This document shows, in pieces, positions 25,181-38,479 of a stretch of 64,000 nucleotides of DNA (its first letter is position 1; every line of letters begins with the position of its first letter). The notes below the pieces were generated by a model. That model did no database searches, had not been told where the DNA came from, and saw only the letters and a program-made list of their open reading frames with translations. Made by a program: the position numbers and the translations under genes. Origin of the DNA: Eledone cirrhosa (taxonomy: Eukaryota); NCBI GenBank assembly GCA_964016885.1, contig OZ024744.1:16678001-16742000 (forward strand), written 5' to 3'.

Positions 25181-26769
25181 AGAAAGTGTCCTGTGTTTAC
25201 TGTAGTAACGTGTAAAGTGTACTGTTCACCTGAAGAATGTGTCCTGTGTTTACTGTAGTACTGTGTAAAGCGTACTGTTCACCTGAAGAATATGTCCTGT
25301 GTTTACTGTAGTACTGTGTAAAGTGTACTGTTCATCTGAAGAATATGTCCTGTGTTTACTGTAGTACTGTGTAAAGTATAATGTTTAGCTGAAGAAAGTG
25401 TCCTGTGTTTACTGTAGTACTGTGTAAAGTGTACTGTTCACCTGAAGAATGTGTCCTGTGTTTACTGTGGTACAGTGTAAAGTGTACTGTTCACCTGAAG
25501 AAAGTGTCCTGTGTTTACTGTAGTAACGTGTAAAGTGTACTGTTCACTTGAAGAATGTGTCCTGTGTTTACTGTAGTACTGTGTAAAGTGTACTGTTCAC
25601 CTGAAGAATGTGTCCTGTGTTTACTGTAGTACTGTGTAAAGTGTACTGTTCAGCTCAAGAATGTGTCCTGTGTTTACTGTAGTACTGTGTAAAGTGTACT
25701 GTTCACCTGAAGAATGTGTCCTGTGTTGACTGTAGTACTGTGTAAAGTGTATTGTTCACATGAAGAATGTGTCCTGTGTTTACTGTAGGACTGTGTAAAG
25801 TGTACTGTTCACCTGACGAATGTGTCCTGTGTTTACTGTAGTACAGTGTAACGTGTACTGTTCAGCTGAAGAATGTGTCCTGTGTTTACTGTAGTACTGT
25901 GTAAAGTGTACTGTTCACCTGAAGAATGTGTCCAGTGTTTTCTGTAGTACTGCGTAAAGTGTACTGTTCACCTGAAGAATTTTTCCTGTGTTTACTGTAG
26001 TACTGTGTAAAGTGTAATTTTCACCTGAAGAATGTGTCCTGTGTTTTCTGTAGTACTGCGTAAAGTGTACTGTTCACCTGAAGAATGTGTCCTGTGTTTA
26101 CTGTGGTACTGTGTAAAGTGTACTGTTCACCTGAAGAACGTGTCATGTGTTTACTGTGGTACTGTGTAAAGTGTATTGTTCACATGAAGAATGTGTCCTG
26201 TGTTTACTGTAGTACTGTGTAAAGTGTACTGTTCACCTGACGAATGTGTCCTGTGTTTACTGTAGTAATGTGTAAAGTGTGCTGTTCAGCTGAAGAATAT
26301 GTCCTGTGTTTACTGTGGTACGGTGTAAAGTGTACTGATCACCTGAAGAATATGTCCCGTGTTTACTGTAGTACTGTGTAAAGTGTACTGTTCACCTGAA
26401 GTATGTGTCCTGTGTTTACTGTAGAACTGTGTAAAGTGTACTGTTCAGCTGAAGAATGTGTCCTGTGTTTACTGTAGTACTGTATAAAGTGTACTGCTCA
26501 GCTGAAGAATGTGTCCTGTGTTTACTGTCGTACTGTGTAAAGTGTACTGTTCAGCTGAAAAATGTGTCCTGTGTTTGCTGCAGTACTGTGTAAAGTGTAC
26601 AGTTCAGCTGAAGAATGTGTCCTGTGTTTACTGTAGTACTGTGTAAAGTGTACTGTTCACCTGACGAACGTGTCCTGTGTTTATGGTAGTAATGTGTAAA
26701 GTGTACTGTTCACCTGAAGAATGTGTCCTGTGTTTAATGTAGTACTGTGTAAAGTGTACTGTTCACCTG

Positions 26770-29700
26770 AAGAATGTGTCCGCTGTTTACTGTAGTACTG
26801 TGTAAAGTGTACTGTTCAGCTGAAGAAAGTGTCCTGTGTTTACTGTAGTACTGTGTAAAGTGTACTGTTCACCTGAAGAATGTGTCCTGTGTTTACTGTA
26901 GTACTGTGTATAGTGTACTGTTCACCTGCAGAAAGTGTCCTGTGTTTACTGTAGTAACGTGTAAAGTGTACTGTTCACCTGAAGAATGTGTCCTGTGTTT
27001 ACTGTAATACTGTGTAAAGTGTACTGTTCACCTGAAGAATGTGTCCTGTGTTGACTGTGGTACAGTGTAAAGGGTACTGTTCAGCTGAGGAATGTGTCCT
27101 TTGTTTACTGTAGTACTGTGTAAAGTGTACTGTTCAGTTGAAGAATGTGTCCTGTGTTTACTGTAGTACTGTGTAAAGTGTACTGTTCACCTGAAGAAAG
27201 TGCCTGTGTTGACTGTAGTACTGTGTAAAGTGTACTGTTCAGCTGAGGAATGTGTCCTGTGTTTATTGTAGTACTGTGTAAAGTGTACTGTTCAGCTGAG
27301 GAATGTGTCCTGTGTTTACTGTAGTACTGTGTAAAGTATACTATTCACCTGAGGAATGTGTCCTGTGTTTACTGTAGTACTGTGTAAAGTGTACTGTTCA
27401 CCTGAAGAAAGTGTCCTGTGTTTATTGTAGTACTGTGTAAAGTGTACTGTTCACCTGAAGAATGTGTCCTGTGTTTACTGTAGTACTGTGTAACGTGTAC
27501 TGTTCACCTGAAGAAAGTGTCCTGTGTTTACTGTAGTAACGTGTAAAGTGTACTGTTCACCTGAAGAATGTGTCCTGTGTTTACTGTAGTACTGTGTAAA
27601 GTGTACTGTTCACCTGAAGAAAGTGTCCTGTGTTTATTGTAGTAACGTGTAAAGTGTACTGTTCACCTGAAGAATGTGTCCTGTGTTTACTGTAGTACTG
27701 TGTAAAGTGTACTGTTCACCTGAAGAAAGTGTCCTGTGCTTACTGTAGTAACGTGTAAAGTGTACTGTTCACCTGAAGAATGTGTCCTGTGTTTACTGTA
27801 GTACTGTCTAAAGTGTACTGTTCACCTGAAGAAAGTGTCCTGTGTTTATTGTAGTAACGTGTAAAGTGTACTGTTCACCTGAAGAATGTGTCCTGTGTTT
27901 ACTGTAGTACTGTGTAAAGTGTACTGTTCACCTGAAGAATGTGTCCTGTGTTTACTGTAGTACTGTGTAAAGTGTACTGTTCACCTGAAGAAAGTGTCCT
28001 GTGTTTATTGTAGTAACGTGTAAAGTGTACCGTTCACCTGAAGAATGTGTCCTGTGTTTACTGTAGTACTGTGTAAAGTGTACTGTTCACCTGAAGAAAG
28101 TGTCCTGTGTTTACTGTAGTAACGTGTAAAGTGTACTGTTCACCTGAAGAATGTGTCCTGTGTTTACTGTAGTACTGTGTAAAGTGTACTGTTCACCTGA
28201 AGAATGTGTCCTGTGTTTACTGTAGTACTGTGTAAAGTGTACTGTTCACCTGAAGAAAGTGTCCTGTGTTTATTGTAGTAACGAGTAAAGTGTACTGTTC
28301 ACCTGAAGAATGTGTCCTGTGTTTACTGTAGTACTGTCTAAAGTGTACTGTTCACCTGAAGAAAGTGTCCTGTGTTTATTGTAGTAACGTGTAAAGTGTA
28401 CTGTTCACCTGAAGAATGTGTCCTGTGTTTACTGTAGTACTGTGTACAGTGTAATGTTCAGCTGAAGAAAGTGTCCTGTGTTTACTGTAGGACTGTGTAA
28501 AGTGTACTGTTCACCTGAAGAATGTGTACTGTGTTTACTGTAGTACTGTGTAAAGTGTACTCTTCACCTGAAGAATGTGTCCTGTGTTTACTGTAGTACT
28601 GTGTAAGATGTACTGTTCAGCTAACTAATGTTCCTGTGTTTACTGTAGTACCGTGTAAAATGTACTCTTCACCTGAAGAATGTGTCCTGTGTTTGCTGCA
28701 GTACTGTGTAAAGTGTACCGTTCAGCTGAACAATGTGTCCTGTGTTTACTGTAGTACTGGGTAAAGTATACTGTTCACCTGAAGAATGTGTCCTGTGTTT
28801 ACTGTAGTAATGTGTAAAGTGTACTGTTCACCTGACGAATGTGTCCTGTGTTTACTGTAGTACAGTGTAATGTGTACTGTTCAGCTGAAGAATGTGTCCT
28901 GTGTTTACTGTAGTACTGTGTAAAGTGTACTGTTCACCTGAAGAATGTGTCCTGTGTTTAATGTAGTACTCTGTAAAGTGTACTGTTCACCTGAAGAATG
29001 TGTCCAGTGTTTTCTGTAGTCCTGCGTAAAGTGTACTGTTCACCTGAAGAATGTGTCCTGTGTTTACTGTAGTACTGTGTAAAGTGTAATTTTCACCTGA
29101 AGAATGTGTCCTGTGTTTTCTGTAGTACTGCGTAAAGTGTACTGTTCACGTGAAGAATGTGTCCTGTGTTTACTGTGGTACTGCGTAAAGTGTACAGTTA
29201 ACCTGAAGAATGTGTCCTGTGTTTACTGTAGTAATGTGTAAAGTGTACTGTTCAGCTGAAGAATGTGTCCTGTGTTTACTGTAGTACTGTGTAAAGTGTA
29301 CTGTTGAGTTAACTAATGGTTCCTGTGTTTACTGTAGTACTGTGTAAAGTGTACTGCTCAGCTGAAGAATGTGTCCTGTGTTTACTGTCGTACTGTGTAA
29401 AGTGTACTGTTCAGCTGAAAAATGTGTCCTGTGTTTGCTGCAGTACTGTGTAAAGTGTACTGTTCAGCTGAAGAATGTGTCCTGTGTTTACTGTAGTACT
29501 GTGTAAACTGTACTGTTCACCTGACGAACGTGTCCTGTGTTTATGGTAGTAATGTGTAAAGTGTACTGTTCACCTGAAGAATGTGTCCTGTGTTTACTCT
29601 CGTACTGTGTAGAGTGTACTCTTCAGCTGAAGAATGTGTCCTGTGTTTGCTGCAGTACTGTGTAAAGTGTACTGTTCAGCTGAAGAATGTCTCCTGTGTT

Positions 29701-32700
29701 TACTGTAGTACTGTGTAAAGTGTACTGTTCTCCTGAAGAATATGTCCCGTGTTTACTGTAGTACTGTGTAAAGTGTACTCTTCACCTGAAGAATGTGTCC
29801 TGTGTTTACTGTAGTACTGTGTAAAGTGTACTGTTCAACTGAAGAATGTGTCCTGTGTCTACTGTAGTACTGTGTAAAGTATAATGCACAGCTGAAGAAA
29901 ATGTCCTGTGTTTACTGTAGTACTGTGTAAAATTTACTGTTCACCTGAAGAATGTGTACTGTGTTTACGGTAGTACTGTGTAAAGTGTACTCTTCACCTG
30001 AAGAATGTGTCCTGTGTTTACTGTAGTACTGTGTAAAGTGTACTGTTCACCTGAAGAATGTGTCCGCTGTTTACTGTAGTACTGTGTAAAGTGTACTGTT
30101 CAGCTGAAGAAAGTGTCCTGTGTTTACTGTAGTACTGTGTAAAGTGTACTGTTCACCTGAAGAATGTGTCCTGTGTTTACTGTAGTACTGTGTATAGTGT
30201 ACTGTTCACCTGCAGAAAGTGTCCTGTGTTTACTGTAGTAACGTGTAAAGTGTACTGTTCACCTGAAGAATGTGTCCTGTGTTTACTGTAATACTGTGTA
30301 AAGTGTACTGTTCACCTGAAGAATGTGTCCTGTGTTGACTGTGGTACAGTGTAAAGGGTACTGTTCAGCTGAGGAATGTGTCCTGTCTTTACTGTAGTAC
30401 TGTGTAAAGTGTACTGTTCAGTTGAAGAATGTGTCCTGTGTTTACTGTAGTACTGTGTAAAGTGTACTGTTCACCTGAAGAAAGTGCCTGTGTTGACTGT
30501 AGTACTGTGTAAAGTGTACTGTTCAGCTGAGGAATGTGTCCTGTGTTTATTGTAGTACTGTGTAAAGTGTACTGTTCAGCTGAGGAATGTGTCCTGTGTT
30601 TACTGTAGTACTGTGTAAAGTATACTATTCACCTGAGGAATGTGTCCTGTGTTTACTGTAGTACTGTGTAAAGTGTACTGTTCACCTGAAGAAAGTGTCC
30701 TGTGTTTATTGTAGTACTGTGTAAAGTGTACTGTTCACCTGAAGAATGTGTCCTGTGTTTACTGTAGTACTGTGTAACGTGTACTGTTCACCTGAAGAAA
30801 GTGTCCTGTGTTTACTGTAGTAACGTGTAAAGTGTACTGTTCACCTGAAGAATGTGTCCTGTGTTTACTGTAGTACTGTGTAAAGTGTACTGTTCACCTG
30901 AAGAAAGTGTCCTGTGTTTATTGTAGTAACGTGTAAAGTGTACTGTTCACCTGAAGAATGTGTCCTGTGTTTACTGTAGTACTGTGTAAAGTGTACTGTT
31001 CACCTGAAGAAAGTGTCCTGTGTTTACTGTAGTAACGTGTAAAGTGTACTGTTCACCTGAAGAATGTGTCCTGTGTTTACTGTAGTACTGTCTAAAGTGT
31101 ACTGTTCACCTGAAGAAAGTGTCCTGTGTTTATTGTAGTAACGTGTAAAGTGTACTGTTCACCTGAAGAATGTGTCCTGTGTTTACTGTAGTACTGTGTA
31201 AAGTGTACTGTTCACCTGAAGAATGTGTCCTGTGTTTACTGTAGTACTGTGTAAAGTGTACTGTTCACCTGAAGAAAGTGTCCTGTGTTTATTGTAGTAA
31301 CGTGTAAAGTGTACCGTTCACCTGAAGAATGTGTCCTGTGTTTACTGTAGTACTGTGTAAAGTGTACTGTTCACCTGAAGAAAGTGTCCTGTGTTTACTG
31401 TAGTAACGTGTAAAGTGTACTGTTCACCTGAAGAATGTGTCCTGTGTTTACTGTAGTACTGTCTAAAGTGTACTGTTCACCTGAAGAAAGTGTCCTGTGT
31501 TTATTGTAGTAACGTGTAAAGTGTACTGTTCACCTGAAGAATGTGTCCTGTGTTTACTGTAGTACTGTGTAAAGTGTACTGTTCACCTGAAGAATGTGTC
31601 CTGTGTTTACTGTAGTACTGTGTAAAGTGTACTGTTCACCTGAAGAAAGTGTCCTGTGTTTATTGTAGTAACGTGTAAAGTGTACCGTTCACCTGAAGAA
31701 TGTGTCCTGTGTTTACTGTAGTACTGTGTAAAGTGTACTGTTCACCTGAAGAAAGTGTCCTGTGTTTACTGTAGTAACGTGTAAAGTGTACTGTTCACCT
31801 GAAGAATGTGTCCTGTGTTTACTGTAGTACTGTGTAAAGTGTACTGTTCACCTGAAGAATGTGTCCTGTGTTTACTGTAGTACTGTGTAAAGTGTACTGT
31901 TCACCTGAAGAAAGTGTCCTGTGTTTATTGTAGTAACGTGTAAAGTGTACTGTTCACCTGAAGAATGTGTCCTGTGTTTACTGTAGTACTGTCTAAAGTG
32001 TACTGTTCACCTGAAGAAAGTGTCCTGTGTTTATTGTAGTAACGTGTAAAGTGTACTGTTCACCTGAAGAATGTGTCCTGTGTTTACTGTAGTACTGTGT
32101 ACAGTGTAATGTTCAGCTGAAGAAAGTGTCCTGTGTTTACTGTAGGACTGTGTAAAGTGTACTGTTCACCTGAAGAATGTGTACTGTGTTTACTGTAGTA
32201 CTGTGTAAAGTGTACTCTTCACCTGAAGAATGTGTCCTGTGTTTACTGTAGTACTGTGTAAGATGTACTGTTCAGCTAACTAATGTTCCTGTGTTTACTG
32301 TAGTACCGTGTAAAATGTACTCTTCACCTGAAGAATGTGTCCTGTGTTTGCTGCAGTACTGTGTAAAGTGTACCGTTCAGCTGAACAATGTGTCCTGTGT
32401 TTACTGTAGTACTGGGTAAAGTATACTGTTCACCTGAAGAATGTGTCCTGTGTTTACTGTAGTAATGTGTAAAGTGTACTGTTCACCTGACGAATGTGTC
32501 CTGTGTTTACTGTAGTACAGTGTAATGTGTACTGTTCAGCTGAAGAATGTGTCCTGTGTTTACTGTAGTACTGTGTAAAGTGTACTGTTCACCTGAAGAA
32601 TGTGTCCTGTGTTTAATGTAGTACTCTGTAAAGTGTACTGTTCACCTGAAGAATGTGTCCAGTGTTTTCTGTAGTCCTGCGTAAAGTGTACTGTTCACCT

Positions 32701-35700
32701 GAAGAATGTGTCCTGTGTTTACTGTAGTACTGTGTAAAGTGTAATTTTCACCTGAAGAATGTGTCCTGTGTTTTCTGTAGTACTGCGTAAAGTGTACTGT
32801 TCACGTGAAGAATGTGTCCTGTGTTTACTGTGGTACTGCGTAAAGTGTACAGTTAACCTGAAGAATGTGTCCTGTGTTTACTGTAGTAATGTGTAAAGTG
32901 TACTGTTCAGCTGAAGAATGTGTCCTGTGTTTACTGTAGTACTGTGTAAAGTGTACTGTTGAGTTAACTAATGGTTCCTGTGTTTACTGTAGTACTGTGT
33001 AAAGTGTACTGCTCAGCTGAAGAATGTGTCCTGTGTTTACTGTCGTACTGTGTAAAGTGTACTGTTCAGCTGAAAAATGTGTCCTGTGTTTACTGTAGTA
33101 CTGTGTAAACTGTACTGTTCACCTGACGAACGTGTCCTGTGTTTATGGTAGTAATGTGTAAAGTGTACTGTTCACCTGAAGAATGTGTCCTGTGTTTACT
33201 CTCGTACTGTGTAGAGTGTACTCTTCAGCTGAAGAATGTGTCCTGTGTTTGCTGCAGTACTGTGTAAAGTGTACTGTTCAGCTGAAGAATGTCTCCTGTG
33301 TTTACTGTAGTACTGTGTAAAGTGTACTGTTCTCCTGAAGAATATGTCCCGTGTTTACTGTAGTACTGTGTAAAGTGTACTCTTCACCTGAAGAATGTGT
33401 CCTGTGTTTACTGTAGTACTGTGTAAAGTGTACTGTTCAACTGAAGAATGTGTCCTGTGTCTACTGTAGTACTGTGTAAAGTATAATGCACAGCTGAAGA
33501 AAATGTCCTGTGTTTACTGTAGTACTGTGTAAAATTTACTGTTCACCTGAAGAATGTGTACTGTGTTTACGGTAGTACTGTGTAAAGTGTACTCTTCACC
33601 TGAAGAATGTGTCCTGTGTTTACTGTAGTACTGTGTAAAGTGTACTGTTCACCTGAAGAATGTGTCCGCTGTTTACTGTAGTACTGTGTAAAGTGTACTG
33701 TTCAGCTGAAGAAAGTGTCCTGTGTTTACTGTAGTACTGTGTAAAGTGTACTGTTCACCTGAAGAATGTGTCCTGTGTTTACTGTAGTACTGTGTATAGT
33801 GTACTGTTCACCTGCAGAAAGTGTCCTGTGTTTACTGTAGTAACGTGTAAAGTGTACTGTTCACCTGAAGAATGTGTCCTGTGTTTACTGTAATACTGTG
33901 TAAAGTGTACTGTTCACCTGAAGAATGTGTCCTGTGTTGACTGTGGTACAGTGTAAAGGGTACTGTTCAGCTGAGGAATGTGTCCTGTCTTTACTGTAGT
34001 ACTGTGTAAAGTGTACTGTTCAGTTGAAGAATGTGTCCTGTGTTTACTGTAGTACTGTGTAAAGTGTACTGTTCACCTGAAGAAAGTGCCTGTGTTGACT
34101 GTAGTACTGTGTAAAGTGTACTGTTCAGCTGAGGAATGTGTCCTGTGTTTATTGTAGTACTGTGTAAAGTGTACTGTTCAGCTGAGGAATGTGTCCTGTG
34201 TTTACTGTAGTACTGTGTAAAGTATACTATTCACCTGAGGAATGTGTCCTGTGTTTACTGTAGTACTGTGTAAAGTGTACTGTTCACCTGAAGAAAGTGT
34301 CCTGTGTTTATTGTAGTACTGTGTAAAGTGTACTGTTCACCTGAAGAATGTGTCCTGTGTTTACTGTAGTACTGTGTAACGTGTACTGTTCACCTGAAGA
34401 AAGTGTCCTGTGTTTACTGTAGTAACGTGTAAAGTGTACTGTTCACCTGAAGAATGTGTCCTGTGTTTACTGTAGTACTGTGTAAAGTGTACTGTTCACC
34501 TGAAGAAAGTGTCCTGTGTTTATTGTAGTAACGTGTAAAGTGTACTGTTCACCTGAAGAATGTGTCCTGTGTTTACTGTAGTACTGTGTAAAGTGTACTG
34601 TTCACCTGAAGAAAGTGTCCTGTGTTTACTGTAGTAACGTGTAAAGTGTACTGTTCACCTGAAGAATGTGTCCTGTGTTTACTGTAGTACTGTCTAAAGT
34701 GTACTGTTCACCTGAAGAAAGTGTCCTGTGTTTATTGTAGTAACGTGTAAAGTGTACTGTTCACCTGAAGAATGTGTCCTGTGTTTACTGTAGTACTGTG
34801 TAAAGTGTACTGTTCACCTGAAGAATGTGTCCTGTGTTTACTGTAGTACTGTGTAAAGTGTACTGTTCACCTGAAGAAAGTGTCCTGTGTTTATTGTAGT
34901 AACGTGTAAAGTGTACCGTTCACCTGAAGAATGTGTCCTGTGTTTACTGTAGTACTGTGTAAAGTGTACTGTTCACCTGAAGAAAGTGTCCTGTGTTTAC
35001 TGTAGTAACGTGTAAAGTGTACTGTTCACCTGAAGAATGTGTCCTGTGTTTACTGTAGTACTGTGTAAAGTGTACTGTTCACCTGAAGAATGTGTCCTGT
35101 GTTTACTGTAGTACTGTGTAAAGTGTACTGTTCACCTGAAGAAAGTGTCCTGTGTTTATTGTAGTAACGTGTAAAGTGTACTGTTCACCTGAAGAATGTG
35201 TCCTGAGTTTACTGTAGTACTGTCTAAAGTGTACTGTTCACCTGAAGAAAGTGTCCTGTGTTTATTGTAGTAACGTGTAAAGTGTACTGTTCACCTGAAG
35301 AATGTGTCCTGTGTTTACTGTAGTACTGTGTACAGTGTAATGTTCAGCTGAAGAAAGTGTCCTGTGTTTACTGTAGGACTGTGTAAAGTGTACTGTTCAC
35401 CTGAAGAATGTGTACTGTGTTTACTGTAGTACTATGTAAAGTGTACTCTTCACCTGAAGAATGTGTCCTGTGTTTACTGTAGTACTGTGTAAGATGTACT
35501 GTTCAGCTAACTAATGTTCCTGTGTTTACTGTAGTACCGTGTAAAATGTACTCTTCACCTGAAGAATGTGTCCTGTGTTTGCTGCAGTACTGTGTAAAGT
35601 GTACCGTTCAGCTGAACAATGTGTCCTGTGTTTACTGTAGTACTGGGTAAAGTATACTGTTCACCTGAAGAATGTGTCCTGTGTTTACTGTAGTAATGTG

Positions 35701-36895
35701 TAAAGTGTACTGTTCACCTGACGAATGTGTCCTGTGTTTACTGTAGTACAGTGTAATGTGTACTGTTCAGCTGAAGAATGTGTCCTGTGTTTACTGTAGT
35801 ACTGTGTAAAGTGTACTGTTCACCTGAAGAATGTGTCCTGTGTTTAATGTAGTACTCTGTAAAGTGTACTGTTCACCTGAAGAATGTGTCCAGTGTTTTC
35901 TGTAGTCCTGCGTAAAGTGTACTGTTCACCTGAAGAATGTGTCCTGTGTTTACTGTAGTACTGTGTAAAGTGTAATTTTCACCTGAAGAATGTGTCCTGT
36001 GTTTTCTGTAGTACTGCGTAAAGTGTACTGTTCACGTGAAGAATGTGTCCTGTGTTTACTGTGGTACTGTGTAAAGTGTACAGTTAACCTGAAGAATGTG
36101 TCCTGTGTTTACTGTAGTAATGTGTAAAGTGTACTGTTCAGCTGAAGAATGTGTCCTGTGTTTACTGTAGTACTGTGTAAAGTGTACTGTTGAGTTAACT
36201 AATGGTTCCTGTGTTTACTGTAGTACTGTGTAAAGTGTACTGTTCAGCTGAAAAATGTGTCCTGTGTTTGCTGCAGTACTGTGTAAAGTGTACTGTTCAG
36301 CTGAAGAATGTGTCCTGTGTTTAATGTAGTACTGTGTAAACTGTACTGTTCACCTGACGAACGTGTCCTGTGTTTATGGTAGTAATGTGTAAAGTGTACT
36401 GTTCACCTGAAGAATGTGTCCTGTGTTTACTCTCGTACTGTGTAGAGTGTACTCTTCAGCTGAAGAATGTGTCCTGTGTTTGCTGCAGTACTGTGTAAAG
36501 TGTACTGTTCAGCTGAAGAATGTCTCCTGTGTTTACTGTAGTACTGTGTAAAGTGTACTCTTCTCCTGAAGAATATGTCCCGTGTTTACTGTAGTACTGT
36601 GTAAAGTGTACTCTTCACCTGAAGAATGTGTCCTGTGTTTACTGTAGTACTGTGTAAAGTGTACTGTTCAACTGAAGAATGTGTCCTGTGTCTACTGTAG
36701 TACTGTGTAAAGTATAATGCACAGCTGAAGAAAATGTCCTGTGTTTACTGTAGTACTGTGTAAAATTTACTGTTCACCTGAAGAATGTGTACTGTGTTTA
36801 CGGTAGTACTGTGTAAAGTGTACTCTTCACCTGAAGAATGTGTCCTGTGTTTACTGTAGTACTGTGTAAAGTGTACTGTTCACCTGAAGAATGTG
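26770..36895 (+). repeat. Higher-order triplication with units of 62, 68 and 61 monomers (3,284, 3,602 and 3,231 bp)
   Basis: gtccgctg occurs at 26778, 30062 and 33664, and ttcaactgaag at 29834, 33436 and 36667. ttgagttaactaatgg occurs once per unit. Confidence 0.9.
30690..32060 (+). repeat. 106-bp dimeric sub-array (consensus monomer alternating with the gaagaaagtg...gtaacgtg monomer); longest example seen
   Basis: The variant monomer with linked aaagtg and gtaacgtg changes appears every second (sometimes third) unit. Similar tracts lie at about 8170-8800, 10800-11450, 12300-12920, 14400-15200, 18930-19710, 27400-28400, 34290-35280, 42300-43180, 52180-52800, 53400-54280 and 61100-61450. Confidence 0.85.
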
Positions 36896-38479
36896 TACTG
36901 TGTTTACTGTAGTAATGTGTAAAGTGTACTCTTCACCTGAAGAATGTGTCCTGTGTTTACTGTAGTACTGTGTAAAGTGTACTGTTCACCTGAAGAATGT
37001 ATCCTGTGTTTACTGTTTTACTGTGGTACTGTGTAAAGCGTATTGTTCAGCTGAAGGATGTGTCCTGTGTTTACTGTAGTACTGTGTAACATGTACTGTT
37101 CAGCTAACTAATGGTTCCTGTGTTTACTGTAGTACTGTGTAAAGTGTACTCTTCACCTGAATAATGTGTCCTGTGTTTACTGTCGTACTGTGTAAAGTGT
37201 ACTCTTCACCTGAAGAATGTGTCCTGTGTTTGCTGCAGGACTTTGTAAAGTGTACTGTTCACCTGACGAATGTATCCTGTGTTTACTGTAGTACTGTGTA
37301 AAGTGTACTGTTCACCTGAAGAATGTGTCCTGTGTTTACTGTAGTACTGTGTAAAGTGTACTGTTGACCTGAAGAATGTGTCCTGTGTTTACTGTAGTAC
37401 TGTGTAAAGTGTACTGTTCACCTGAAGAATGTATCCTGTGTTTACTGTAGTACTGCGTAAAGTGTACTGTTCACCTGAAGAATGTGTCCTGTGTTTACTG
37501 TAGTAATGTGTAAAGTGTACTGTTCAGCTGAAGAATGTGTCCTGTGTTTATTGTAGTAATGTGTAAAGTGTACTGTTCACCTGAAGAATGTGTCCTGTGT
37601 TTACTGTAGTAATGTGTAAAGTGTACTGTTCAGCTGAAGAATGTGTCCTGTGTTTACTGTGGTACTGTGTAAAGTGTACTGTTCACCTGAAGAATGTGTC
37701 CTGTGTTTACTGTGGTACTGTGTAAAGTGTACTGTTCACCTGAAGAATGTGTCCTGTGTTTACTGTAGTAATGTGTAAAGTGTACTGTTCAGCTGAAGAA
37801 TGTGTCCTGTGTTTATTGTAGTAATGTGTAAAGTGTACTGTTCAGCTGAAGAATGTGTCCTGTGTTTACTGTAGTACTGCGTAAAGTGTACTGTTCACCT
37901 GAAGAATGTATCCTGTGTTTATTGTAGTAATGTGTAAAGTGTACTGTTCAGCTGAAGAATGTGTCCTGTGTTTACTGTGGTACTGTGTAAAGTGTACTGT
38001 TCACCTGAAGAATGTGTCCTGTGTTTACTGTGGTACTGTGTAAAGTGTACTGTTCACCTGAAGAATGTGTCCTGTGTTTACTGTAGTAATGTGTAAAGTG
38101 TACAGTTAACCTGAAGAATGTGTCCTGTGTTTACTGTGGTACTGTGTAAAGTGTACTGTTCACCTGAAGAATGTGTCCTGTGTTTACTGTAGTAATGTGT
38201 AAAGTGTACTGTTCACCTGAAGAATATGTCCTGTGTTTACTGTAGTACTGTGTAAAGTGTACTGTTCATCTGAAGAATATGTCCTGTGTTTACTGTAGTA
38301 CTGTGTAAAGTATAATGTTTAGTTGAAGAAAGTGTCCTGTGTTTACTGTAGTACTGTGTAAAGTGTACTGTTCACCTGAAGAATGTGTCCTGTGTTTACT
38401 GTGGTACTGTGTAAAGTGTACTGTTCACCTGAAGAAAGTGTCCTGTGTTTATTGTAGTAACGTGTAAAGTGTACTGTTC

